From: Octopus vulgaris
Lineage: Eukaryota
Length of the DNA: 64,000 nucleotides
Reading direction: 5' to 3'
Assembly (NCBI GenBank): GCA_951406725.2
Contig: OX597821.1
Span: 42,904,001-42,968,000, forward strand
Below are positions 1-12,392 of this stretch, piece after piece; within the stretch, counting starts at the first letter, position 1; each line of letters starts with the position of its first letter. Both the position numbers and the translations under genes were made by a program. The notes beneath the pieces were generated by a model. It had not been told where the DNA came from, searched no databases, and saw only the letters and a list, made by a program, of their open reading frames with translations.

Positions 1-462
1 TGTTGGAGGTGAATATACACATCCAGTTTGTGCTTGCTTGCCCACACCCCCTGAAAGATTATACATATACTACCACTACACAAATTCTATTTCTACAAGA
101 ACACCAACCTTAAGTACATGCATGTTTTCCACAAGCACTTCAAGATAACTCTTATCGACTTGCAACATACCCACCCCAGTGGTGATGTTTTGGTACTGAG
201 GGACATATCTCTTAACTCAATGCCGTTTTCGTTTCGCTTCATCATCTTTTTCACAGCAACCACAAACTGCATTTGTCTATTCACCTTCAATAATAGAGAG
301 CAGTTGCTATATTTCATTCCATATGGGCTATCTCTGACAAGTGTTGGGTTACATAATCGGATTGTTACCTAACACTCCATTGAATCTCTAGTGTAAAACT
401 AATTGGTAAGATCAGTTGTAATGGACATATAATACTGTATACTTAAGATAATATATATATAA

Positions 463-1601
463 GTAGTTGATAGCTTCCGTTATCTAGGTGACCAAGTCAG
501 TAGTGGGGGTGGGTGCGCTGAGAGTGTAACTGCTAGAATAAGAATAGCCTGGGCAAAGTTTAGGGAGCTCTTACCTCTGCTGGTGACTAAAGGCCTCTCG
601 CTCAGAGTAAAAGGCAGACTGTATGATGCATGTGTACGAACTGCCATGCTACATGGCAGTGAAACATGGGCCGTGACTGCTGAGGACATGCGTAAGCTCA
701 TGAGGAATGAAGCCAGTATGCTCCCATGGATGTGTAATGTCAGTGTACTTACTCGACAGAGCGTTAGTTCCTTGAGAGAAATGTTGTACCTAAGATGTTG
801 TGGTGTACAAGAGAGACGATTGCGCTGGTATGGTCATGTGGCGAGAATGGATGAAGATAGGTGTGTGAGAAAGTGCCAATCCCTAGCAGTTGAGGGAACC
901 CGTGGAAGAGGTAGACCCAGGAAAACCTGGGACGAGGTGGTGAAGCACGACCTTCGAACGTTAGGTCTCACCATGGAAATGACTAGAGACCGAGACCTAT
1001 GGAAGTATGCTGTGCGTGAGAAGACCCGGCAAGACTAGTGAAGCCATAACCCGTGGCCCCTACCTGGGACGTAGTCAGTCCACCTGTGCATACCTTCCTG
1101 CTTGTGACACTTGTGAAGACCTGTTGAGGCAAGTGAAAATCAAATCAAATCAAATCAAACCAAATCAAAATAGATGAACATCAATGGAATTTGTATCCTT
1201 GTGGTACCAGTGCCGGTGGCACATAAGAAAACCATCTGAACGGGACCGTAGCCAGTACCGCATCGACTGGCCTCCGTGCTGTGGGCACGTAACAAACACC
1301 ATCCGATCGTGGCCGTTCGCCAGCCTCGTCTGGCACCTGTGTCGGTGGCACATAAGAAAACACCGAAAACACCATCCGAGCGTGGCCGTCTGCCAGCCTC
1401 GTCTGGCACCTGTGTCGGTGGCACATAAAATCACCCACTACACTCTCGGAGTGGTTGGCGTTAGGAAGGGCATCCAGCTGTAGAAACACTGCCAGATCTG
1501 ACTGGCCTGGTGCAGCCTTCGGGCTTGCCAGACCCCAGTTGAACCGTCCAACCCATGCTAGCATGGAAAACGGACGTTAAACGATGATGATGATGATGAT
1601 G
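463..1601 (+). mobile_element. 5'-truncated RTE-clade LINE: RT C-terminus, 3' UTR and (GAT)n tail
   Basis: ORF 583-1038 reads KGRLYDACVRTAMLHGSETW...RRLRWYGHVARM...RGRGRPRKTW, typical of the RTE ORF2 end. It is followed by (AAATC)n, a UTR with internal repeats and a GATGATGAT tail. The same family occurs at 51787-52600. Confidence 0.9.
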
Positions 1602-1724
1602 TTTGTATGTACAGAGAGAGAGAGAGAAAGAGAGAGAGAGCGAGACAAAGTGGGGTAATTTACTGCAGGGAATGCAGGAGACACATGCATCTCTACAAGC
1701 CTCACTTACACACTGTATATCCAT

Positions 1725-2180
1725 CATTTGATTATTATTGGCACGTTCAAATCATTATAGCCATTACATGGTTATAATCGGCACCTTCGAATTATAATTA
1801 TTACACCTTACACATGAACAATGATATTAACTTATTAAAAATCATCAACTTATTTTAAATTACATTTGCGAGATAATAAATTATCAATATCACTTTGAAT
1901 ATTACATATTTTTTTTCTAAACTCTAGAAATGATCTTTTTTACTTCACTTTTTAGCAATAGCATATTACCATCATTGGATTATTATTGGCGTGTTCAGAT
2001 TATTATAACCATTGCACGATTACAAATTATTATAATCATTACAACATACATGCAAACAACAATATTAACTTGTTATTACGAGTCATCAACTTATTTTAAA
2101 GTATGTTTTAAGATAATAAAAATATCAATATTACTGTGAACTTACTATTCATTTCTCTAAATCCTAGAAAAGAACTTTTT
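1725..2180. repeat. Diverged tandem duplication, 2 copies of about 245 bp
   Basis: cattt/ggattattattggc..., tcatcaacttattttaaa, agataataaa and ctagaaa recur in the same order at about 1725 and about 1972. Confidence 0.7.
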
Positions 2181-2249
2181 AGTTTATGGTTGCGTATGAG
2201 GATTACTTTACAATTGTATCTGTTCAAGTGATTCAGTTCTGAGTACATA

Positions 2250-2761
2250 TGTAAGAATTAACACTTCCTTCTCTAAGCCTAGATTCGAAACCGAATCCAA
2301 GAATTCTCGGTCGTCCAAACCACGACGATCAACAGGCGCGAAAAAAGGTTTTCTTTGTCCTGTCAAAAATTGATTGATCATCGCTCTTTGACCTGCGACC
2401 TCATCATGTCAGGCGAAGTTCAACTGGACAAGCGCTGACCTATTTAGGTACAAACTCTGCTGCAGTATGTCTGTCTTTCTAGCTGCCACTTTTTGTTATA
2501 AATACGAGGGTGAAACAGAAGGGCAAGCAGACAGACGAGATAGATCTATCTACGACCCAAGTTTTTGGCAGACCGCAGGGACAGAGAGAAATGTTCAAAG
2601 TGCCAATAGACTACTGTTTCGAATGAAACACGCACACACGCACATATTCATTCCTAATATGTATTCTGTATTTCTAGCAACTCGTAGCAGTTGCCTACGT
2701 TTGTATGTAGTGTACCTATAACCCTGTAAATAAATTCCTTTCAATCATGAATCGGTTTACG
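2250..2761 (+). mobile_element. Possible solo LTR (CpG-rich)
   Basis: Begins TGTAA and ends TTACG, with a TATA-like motif at about 2496 and AATAAA at about 2729. No clean TSD. Confidence 0.3.
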
Positions 2762-3414
2762 TATTAGAAAAAAAGAAAGAGTGAAGCTGCTTGGCAAAGA
2801 TTGACCTTGAACTCTGTTGTGCATGCACACTAAGTTTTAACGTTCTAGCTCACTTCTGCTGTTTACAACTTAATCACTACACACTTAACCACTACACACA
2901 TATTTATTCAATTGCTGACATTTAGCAATGGTTTGTCATTGTTTTGAAATCCAATTTTCAATAATTAACAAAATTTGGCATTTTTGACGACATATTTATG
3001 CTACTTTGTCAATAAAATATGGAAAATCATTGACAACATAAACTAACAAAAGAAAGAATGTTTCAGGTGCAGAGGGTCGAATTATTAGAACAAGCACTGA
3101 AGCAGCAGCTTAGAAAAAAAGAAAACTGAGTATTCCAACAAATGAGAGAAAGAGTTTAAAACAGAATATAAAATACAAATGAATGAGAAACATCAAGAAA
3201 ATTGGATCATTAGAGATATTGTAATAATTGCAAAGCTCAAGATGTAAGAATATCGCTTTTAGAACTGTTTCTTGAGATTGCCCCTTCAATACTACCTATG
3301 TGGAATTTTAGACCATCTCAAAAATAAAATGCTTCAGAAAATATGCAATTCCATCTGACAATTTTCAAAATAACCATGGAATTTCCACGTGCTAGTATTA
3401 AATAATCTTGTATA

Positions 3415-4282
3415 CGAGATCTGATTAATAAGTATTCGGACTGTTGCCATAATAACGAAGCTAAAGCATGCAGAGTGAAGCTGCTTGGCAAAGATTGACC
3501 TTGAACTCTGCTGTGCATGCACACTAAGTTTTAACGTTCTAGCTCACTTCTGCTGTTTACAACAGTGCTTGGAAGGAAGGTGTGTAGCATGTGATCGATG
3601 CATTGACCATGAGAGAAAGTTGTGATAGTGATACCTGCTCAGAGGCCTATGCAAAGTTGTAGAAAGTGTATGAGCCACACACAAGTGTACAAGTGGTTCA
3701 GACGTTTCCAAGATGGCCTTAAAAATGTCAATATTGACAAATGTTCTGGGAGAACCGCAACCAGCAGAACTGAGTAAAACATTGCAGATGTGCATGCAAC
3801 TGTGAGAAGAAATCGTCGAATCACCATCCATGAGTTATCAGAGGATGTGCAGATTAGTTACAGTTCAGTTTAGTCCATTATCACTGAAGATTTGGGTATG
3901 AGATGCGTGTCCGTCAAGTTTGTGCCAAAATTGCTTTCAGCTAACCAAAACGACACTTGGGCTTCAGTTGCACAAGATCTCCTTGATTGTGTCGAGAATG
4001 ATGAAAACTTTGCGTAGGCCTCTGAGCAGGTATCGCCAAGCTTTTGGCAGAATTCAATGCAGATTCTCTGCTCATCTTTCTCTGTCATGGTCAATATGAT
4101 GATCACACACAACACGCCTTCCTTCGAAGCACTGCTGTAAACAGCAGAAGTGAGTTAGAACGTTGAAACTTAGTCTGCATACACAGCAGAATTTAAGACC
4201 AATCTTTGCCAAGCAGTTTCACTCTGCGTGCTTTAGATTAGTTACTATGGCAACAGTCCGGATATTTATTGATCAGACCACG
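3415..4282. mobile_element. Mariner-derived fold-back element made of two inverted left ends
   Basis: Termini are TA|CGAGATCTGATTAATAAGTATTCGGAC and GTCCGGATATTTATTGATCAGACCACG. The + strand carries a broken transposase N-terminus (VYKWFRRFQDG, RRITIHELSE, KFVPKLLS). The - strand carries EQRICIEFCQKLG. Confidence 0.85.
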
Positions 4283-5074
4283 ATTCTGAAAACAAATAGC
4301 ATTTATAAAGAAATTCATTTCAGGGGAACAAACTCTGCTTGTGTAATAAAACGTTCCTGAAAATATCCTCTAGTTTTTAAAACATTTAAAATTATGTTTT
4401 ATATTTAATAATAATTTTTATATTTTTATGTTTTTGTTTTCGTTTGAATGTCGGACAAAATATGTTGTAGCATTTAGTTACACACTTTTACAATTGACTA
4501 CAATAACTTTATAACCAGCTAATTAAACTTAATCAATAACTATTCAAAACTCGCGAATAACTATTCAAAACTAATGAGGTTCAAATCTAATGAAGCACTT
4601 TAGCTTTTACTGGTTAGGATAGCGGTTTAGTTAGATTATCAACGACAGTCAGATCCATCTCTATCCACTCTACAATCAATATTTTCTTCAACTCCATTAC
4701 TGATGTAATTTTTTTATAATCTTACAACCTTCTATCAAAACGTTCCCATGTATGTTCTGTTGGATCAAAGGGGCTGCTTTGAGAAGCCCATTTTAGAGGC
4801 TCGATTCCATTAGTTCTTTTCTTAGTCAAGTATTGATTCAAATTAATCGATTATATCTTCTCTCCAAACGTGTGGGATTCGGCCGATGTTAAAAATCAGT
4901 TCCTTTTATTTTTATATCAATATATAATTTTACTGAAATGAAACTTTACCTGTGAAACGAGATTATTTAACCGGTGGGAAAGTAATTCACTAAACATTGT
5001 TATTTTCTATATAAACTAAAATTAAGAGAAAGGTAAGGTAATATTCCCGAAAATTCTGTCACTGCATGGTACCT

Positions 5075-5750
5075 TGCATGCTTCGTGCTTTTGTTTGACT
5101 GGGCTGGGGTCATTCCAGGTGAGTGGTTCCAGAGGCGTCATCGTGCATAGAGCCGACCAGATTCGCTAATGCCCCACACCACTGGCGAACCCGTGCTAGC
5201 CCCTCGGCATCTTCTATGAAGACATCGAACCTCTGGATATCTTCCTTAATCACGTCCGGCGAGGCCTGTCATGTGTCCTTTTCCATGCAGCTGTTGCGTC
5301 GAATGAGAGCAAGGCCCTGGTAGGATGATCTGGCGCGAGGCGGGGGGAATATCTGTACCAGCACATGCAGCGGATAGCTATAAGGTGGGAGGCTGCGGGC
5401 TGATGCATGCGTGCACGCAGTTCTTTGAAGTCATCGATCCTCTTTGCCATGGTCTTCGTGAGGGACTAGGCTTCTGTTCCACAGAGGAGAACAGAGAGGA
5501 CCGACGCATTGTAGATGCGAAGTTTTGTCCTCCGGGAGAAAGAGTAGTGGCGTAAAAGGGGCTTTCATAGGGAGTACATGACCTCGGTGGCCAGACCACA
5601 ACTGCAGTTGATCTCTGGTGTCGGGTCTCCGTTGTTGATGACTGTGGAGCCCACGGAGATGAAAGAGCTGACAAACTGCATGGCGTCGAGGCCAATATGG
5701 AGAGGGGTGGCACCGGACCATCACTGACATGCGTCAGCTTGGTACCAATA
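5075..5750 (-). mobile_element. Degraded RTE-like LINE RT fragment
   Basis: The minus strand reads, with stops, FVSSFISVGSTV...RRTKLRIYNASVLSVLLCGTEA and later DRPRRT. Confidence 0.7.
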
Positions 5751-6509
5751 CTAATAATAAGATGAAGCTTGAAACTGCTATGGCTGCATAAATTTTTTAA
5801 GGAAAAGTATCGAGTCTTCCTTCTGCACAACTTGAACTGTTTTTAGTTTACCTTCTTACACGAAAGTCATATTACACCTTACTCCTTCCTTATATAAGGT
5901 CAACATTGCTTTACTTTCCACTTACACAATGACCACGTTGTTATACTTCAACCTAACACAAGGTTCATATTACTTTACATCCTCTTACAAATCATCCAAC
6001 CTCCCCGACACCTTACACAAGATCCATATCACTCTGCTCTCTCCATTTGTAACAATATGCAAGTTTGTAATTTCAAAATCTGTCACAGCTACAGGTAAGA
6101 TCTATATGCTATGCATTAATTAACGAACAGATCAATAGTTTCAGACATTCTGTCATGTAATTGAACTTCACTATGAACAAAACCTGCAGGTAAGAGACAT
6201 CTGGTCATCCATAAAAGTTCACGTTATATTAATATTAGAACATGAAAAGCTGCCTTGATGGCAGAGTTGCGTCCCTCGAAAGGTTCCTTGTAATTGTGAA
6301 TTGCTTTATTGAACATGTTAAAAATATAGCGTATATTTAAGCATTGACTTGTTCACCTTGCTATAGCTTACAGGTCTTGTACTTATGCTAGAAACTATTT
6401 AATTGAACATTAATATTTCACTTCCTTCGGTTAAGGAGTTGACAGGAAGACTGAGAAAGCTAAGGTAGTCGAAGTTTTCGACTCCTGATTTTAACAGACA
6501 TAAGGTGAG

Positions 6510-7207
<698 letters not shown>

Positions 7208-7773
7208 AGTGTGCCACCTCACCGCCCACTGAATTTGGGCATTTTGAATGAAATTTTCTACATATATCTTTTAGATGGTGTAGATTATAGTTATGTGAGA
7301 AAAGGAAACGTGAGCACGCATACGTACATTTTGACCAGACATCATATAATTTTCACAAAATTTCAAGTTTATCTTGTTGACCAAAGTATGATGCGTATCA
7401 CAAAGTATTTACGCCCACCAATTTTTTTTTTTTTTTGCATCAAATTTCGATATAATTGTAAGCTACATCATTTGAAATGAATTAGCAGAAAATTGCATTT
7501 TCTGAAAGTTATGAGGAGAAAAAGTTGGGTCAAGTTAATTATCCAAATCTTCTCTCTGCTCCCTCCAAAAAAATTTTCACAACAAAGTTATTAGGAAATC
7601 AAGTCAGGGGACACACTTGTGTAGGTATACCATATGTAATGTATGTATGTATGTATGTCTTATGTATATGTATATATGAATGTATACACTTTCACATATG
7701 TATACAGACATGTGCACATACACACATACTGACATTTATATATAGGTCAAATCATGGCACCACGTACTTTTGC

Positions 7774-8021
7774 GGCACTACTTAACAGTGGTCCCGGTGC
7801 GCGCACTCGCGTACTCGCGCATCCGCGCTAGCTAGTCATGATTAGTCGATCCTACAACGACTACCCAGCAAAGTAAATAAAACACAAAATAAATAATTTT
7901 TTTTACACAAAGTAAATAAAACACAAAAACACAAAGTAAGGATCGACTAGTCATGACTAGCTAGCGCAGATGCGCGAGTACGCGAGTGCGCGCACCGGGA
8001 CCACTGTTCTTAAGTAGTACC
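7774..8021. mobile_element. MITE with about 80 bp TIRs and a 9-bp TSD (Merlin- or Mutator-type)
   Basis: TIRs GGCACTACTTAA-CAGTGGTCCCGGTGCGCG... and ...CGCGCACCGGGACCACTGTTCTTAAGTAGTACC. TSD TACTTTTGC at 7765-7773 and 8022-8030. Confidence 0.9.
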
Positions 8022-8174
8022 TACTTTTGCTTGTCTGTCTCAAACAACTTGTATGTATGTATGTATGTATTCTCTAACATGCATATCTACGCACTTGTCA
8101 GCACACAAACCCGAATATATATGGAAACATACACACACACACACACACACATACACACACACATATACATATTC

Positions 8175-8364
8175 CTTTATTTGTTTCAGGAATTTGATTG
8201 CGGCCATGCTGGAGCACCGCCTTTAGTCGAACAGATCGACCCCGGGACTTATTCTTTGTAATCCTGTGCTTATTCTATCGGTCTCTTTTGCCGAACCGCT
8301 AGGTTACGGGGACGTAGACACACCAACATTAGTTGTCAAGCGATGGTGGGGGACAAACACACAC

Positions 8365-8365
<1 letters not shown>
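8175..8365 (-). mobile_element. 3' half of tRNA-derived SINE family 1
   Basis: Reverse complement of the 3' part of the SINE at 20931-21344 (gcggccatgctggagcaccgcc...). Confidence 0.85.
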
Positions 8366-8415
<50 letters not shown>

Positions 8416-8421
8416 TACATA

Positions 8422-9740
8422 CTAGCAGAATTGTCCGGCGATGCTCGGGGCTGAATTGCTTGAAAGTACTGTTAATGATTGCATTGAATTATGATGATTA
8501 TTCAGGCAAATATTGATATAAGTTTACGGTGGGAGATAAGGACTTAACGATCAAACGTGTGCCATTGCATTGTTTTGGGGGAACCAAATTTCTAATGAGC
8601 ATTATAGGGGCACCAACTTTAAGTTTGAGAATGTGTGGTGGTAGTCCGGGGGCTAAAAGGAATTGAGTACCTCTATTGGATAGTTGATGACGTCCTCTGG
8701 GTCAGGAGTTGTATCGATAGACTTATATACATAGACATCCCCAGGAATGAGATTTAGCATTTCATCATTAATATGGTGAACAGTTTTATTCTTCGGGGCC
8801 AGAATAGCTCTTTGGCCAATCCAATCCATATTCTGATAATTAGCTTGTAGATCTGGGAACACTGCATCTCTGAGATCAGAAGGCGTTTTAACAATGGTAC
8901 AAATGGAATCGATGGCAATATTACCATTTTCATCCCCTGGTATTTTGCCTTCGCCAAGTGCAAGGAGGGTGTGAGAAAATGCTGCTGATGTGATATTACG
9001 TCGCGTATGAGCACGCATATTGATGTGAAGTTTGAGAGTCTTCATCAGTGGCCACAATGTGGATGACTTAAGACACGCACTTACTGCATCAGTTCTAGTC
9101 CCTTTGGGAATAACGGGAAGTGTTTGTCGGAAGTCCCCTGAAAGAAGAAGTGTTATGCCTCCCATGGGAGCTGAAGAGTGTTTGATGTCTCTGAGAGATC
9201 TATCTAGTGCCTCAAGAGCACCTCTGTGGGCCATCGTGCATTCATCACAAACGATAAGCTTGCATCGTCTGAAGACTTCTGCCTGATCGGAGCTGTTACT
9301 GATGTTGCAAGTTGGTGTCTCAGTCTTCGCTAAGTCAAGCGGAAGCTTGAAAGTGGAGTGAGCTGCCCTGCCGCCTGGCAACAAAGTAGCCGCAATTCCA
9401 GATGATGCCACAGCTAGGGCAATGCCTTGTGTTCGCCCAATCTCAGCCAATATTAATTTGTTGAGAAAAGTTTTCCCAGTGCCCCCAGGAGCGTCCAGGA
9501 AAAATATCCCCACAGCTTTGGCCCGGACTGAATTAACAACGGAGTTGTAAGCGAACTTCTGTTCTGGAAGGAGCTTTGGCTCATTGTCGGCTATGTACTC
9601 GGCAAGCTCGTCAACATTAAAACATGTCTCACGCAGCAAATGTGAAGACAGAGTGTTTGTGCCTTCCCGGTTTGTTGAAGGTAGGCCATAGACCGGCAAG
9701 GCACTACCGCCCATATCAAGTACAGTATCTTCGAACGTAG
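8422..9740 (-). mobile_element. Truncated Helitron with PIF1-family helicase and intact 3' end
   Basis: ORF 8653-9714 has DAPGGTGKT, DECTM, GDFRQTLPV and INMR. After a frameshift it continues PGLPPHILKLKVGAPIMLIRNL..CNGTRL. The minus strand ends in a GC hairpin (cccgagcatcgccgg) then CTAG|T at 8425-8422. Confidence 0.92.
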
Positions 9741-9854
9741 TTTGTTACCACACAGCCACACCTGCCCCTATGTATGTGTGTGTGTGTGTGTATGGGTAGA
9801 TATATTATGCATGTATATATGTGTATATATATATGTGTACATATTACATGTACA

Positions 9855-9896
<42 letters not shown>

Positions 9897-10844
9897 TACA
9901 CATAAAATACAAAATAGAAAGTTATATCTTCATATCGCTAGTGATAACAATACTCAAAATATATAACAGACTGGAATTGCAGGCCCGTCTCTTGCAATTT
10001 CGATCAATTGGATCTTGTCCTCCCTCTTGTATAGAAGTGTACGGCTGCAGCGAAATTCATTTTTGGACTTTCTTCTATCGAAGGCATTTTAACAAAAATG
10101 CTTCCGTAAAGACGGTAAAAATATTGTCAATTTCCCCAAACAGGGACACAATTCAATTTTAAAACAATAACCAAAGCCCCTTCTCCGAAAGGGGGAGGGT
10201 TACGATTTGCAATTATTTAACAAATGCAACACAACAACGTTTCCCTGACGAGGAACTAACAAACGTGATTACAATAGTCAAACAGTAATAATAATAACAA
10301 CAAACCTTTTTAATGTATCCCCATTTATGTGAAACCACTTATTCAAGTTCAAGTCATTGATGCAATTTTATACGAATTGCTAATACACACACACATAATA
10401 AGGGTGAAAAATTGAATATTAATTTGATTAATATGAATTGAAAACCAGTGGTGTAGCATATAAGACCACAGCGGATCTTCTTCTAGCAAAAAGGATGACC
10501 AGTATTAATTGCTCATCCCTTTTATATAAATACTTTCACTTTAATTGTTGCACACTTGCAAAGAGAAAGGAGGACAAAGTGTAGTGGTAATGGTAGGAGT
10601 GAAGCACTGAAATGAAAGAGGGAAATCGTAAAATATTTACTTTTCTCGAATTTTTGCTTAATTGGGGGTGAAATTGAAAAAACTTTACATGCCATGACCC
10701 GATGGAATCTACTTGGAAAAATGATAGGTAAATTCCAATTGAAGAAATTCTATATTGTACAAATGTATAAAAAACGAACGGTTTGGGAGGCAGATAAAAT
10801 CTGCCTTTTATCATAAGAGATACATACATACATACATATACAGA

Positions 10845-11005
10845 CAACGGGCTTCTTCCAGTTTTCGTCTACCAAATCCACTCATAAGGCTTTGGTCTAT
10901 CCAAGGCTATAGTAGAAGACACTTGCCCAAGGTGCCACGTAGTGGGACTGAACCTGGAACCATGTGGTTGGTAACCAAGCTACTTACTACACAGCTACTC
11001 CTGCA
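10845..11005 (-). mobile_element. 5' half of tRNA-derived SINE family 1
   Basis: Reverse complement of the SINE head at 20931 (ggagt(a/g)gctgtgt(a/g)gtaagtagc...). Confidence 0.85.
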
Positions 11006-11087
11006 CTTATATACATATATTCGATTAAGAATCTGTAAGTCAGTGAAAATAGGTGCTCATATATTTGTCTATAGAGGGGTATATTAA

Positions 11088-11336
11088 ATGTGCCCTTTTA
11101 AAGCCTAATCAGGCTCATGGGCCCGGTTTCCTGGTTTTTATGGCGTATGTGTTCCCCAGCTGGACGGGACGCCAGTCCATCGCAGCGTTACTCATTTTTG
11201 CCTGCTGTGTGGACTGGAGCAACGTGAAATGAAGTGTTTTGCTCAAGACCACAACGCGTCGCCCGGTCCAGGAATCGAAACCACAATCTTACGATTATGG
11301 TGCTGACACCCTAACCACTAAGCCACGTGCTTCCAC
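11088..11336 (-). mobile_element. tRNA-derived SINE with a 15-bp TSD
   Basis: The minus strand has an A-box (TGGCTTAGTGG) and a B-box (GTTTCGATTCC). TSD AGAGGGGTATATTAA at 11073-11087 and 11337-11351. Confidence 0.85.
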
Positions 11337-12226
11337 AGAGGGGTATATTAATTGAAGTATATCGTACTGTAGGACCATTACAGCTAATTTTACCAATCAG
11401 TTTCATATTGGATTTTAGATAATGTGACACTTATCTAATACACAGGCTCTTCAGGGCTGGTCAATCTGGAAAAAATGTATGGTAACTGTTCTCTGTTATT
11501 TGAGGTGAGAGGAAGTGTCTTATCTGGTTTGTGGGCATTGTGAAAAAGAAGAAACGAGACAAATAAGTGAAGGATTTACCAATCATTATGTCCCTTCGCC
11601 CCCTTAAAAAAAATCTAACCAAATTGTTGTGCAGCAAGTATCTGGTCAGAAAATATATGCATAAGGGGTGCTTGTGTTGGTATCTATGTAGGGGTTTTTG
11701 TCTGGAGGAAAAGAGCAAGTGTCAGGAGTTTTAACTCGATGTTTGAGTACATATGTGTATCTGTGTTCACATGCAGACACATCTCGGGATGTGACGGTGA
11801 TCTGAGTGTTTATAATCATGGTGGGACCTGTAAGTAAGCCAACATGTACCTTCTCACATGGGCATGGACTAAAAATTTCATTTCTGAAGTTTAGGCAGAT
11901 GTCTAAATGAAGATGATTTTTAAAGATAATTTTTTTCTCAGCTTGACATATTTATTCTAGGTGCATAACTAAAAGCAACTCCTAAAGTGTGACTTAAAAA
12001 TTTTACAGAACCCATTTGTATGAGGAAAATAGTTATCCACTATGCTAACGTAAACTTTACCCACACAAGTTTCGTCCATTTTACAGAGCGCACAAACCAG
12101 ATGTGATATTTCTCACCTCCAATAACAGCAGTCACTATGCCGTTCATATATATAGTATACGTGTGTATGTATATATATATACACATGAAATATTTTATTT
12201 TCACAGAGATTCCACAGAGTTACGGC

Positions 12227-12392
12227 ATGCCTAAAGTTTACTACAAAGATCCTGCTGGATGTCAATTACTCAGCTATGATTACAATGGATTTTTGGTGCC
12301 ATCATTTCCAAATGTTCAAGAAAATCTTGATAAACTTCCGGATATGCCAGTAAGAGATGATGATGTTTTTCTTCTGGGCTATTTTAAAGCTG
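12227..12392 (+). CDS. SULT: SULT-A coding exon 1 (acceptor at 12206, ATG at 12227)
   Basis: MPKVYYKD...PVRDDDVFLLGYFKA-G; acceptor ttttcacag, donor GTAGGT. Confidence 0.92.

Noticed and set aside
8653-9714. Host PIF1 helicase gene
   Set aside because: It is intronless, truncated and frameshifted, and it ends in a Helitron hairpin/CTAG terminus, so it is transposon-derived.
9900-10550. Possible Penelope terminal repeat or hammerhead motifs
   Set aside because: The core boxes are incomplete and I could not build the stems.
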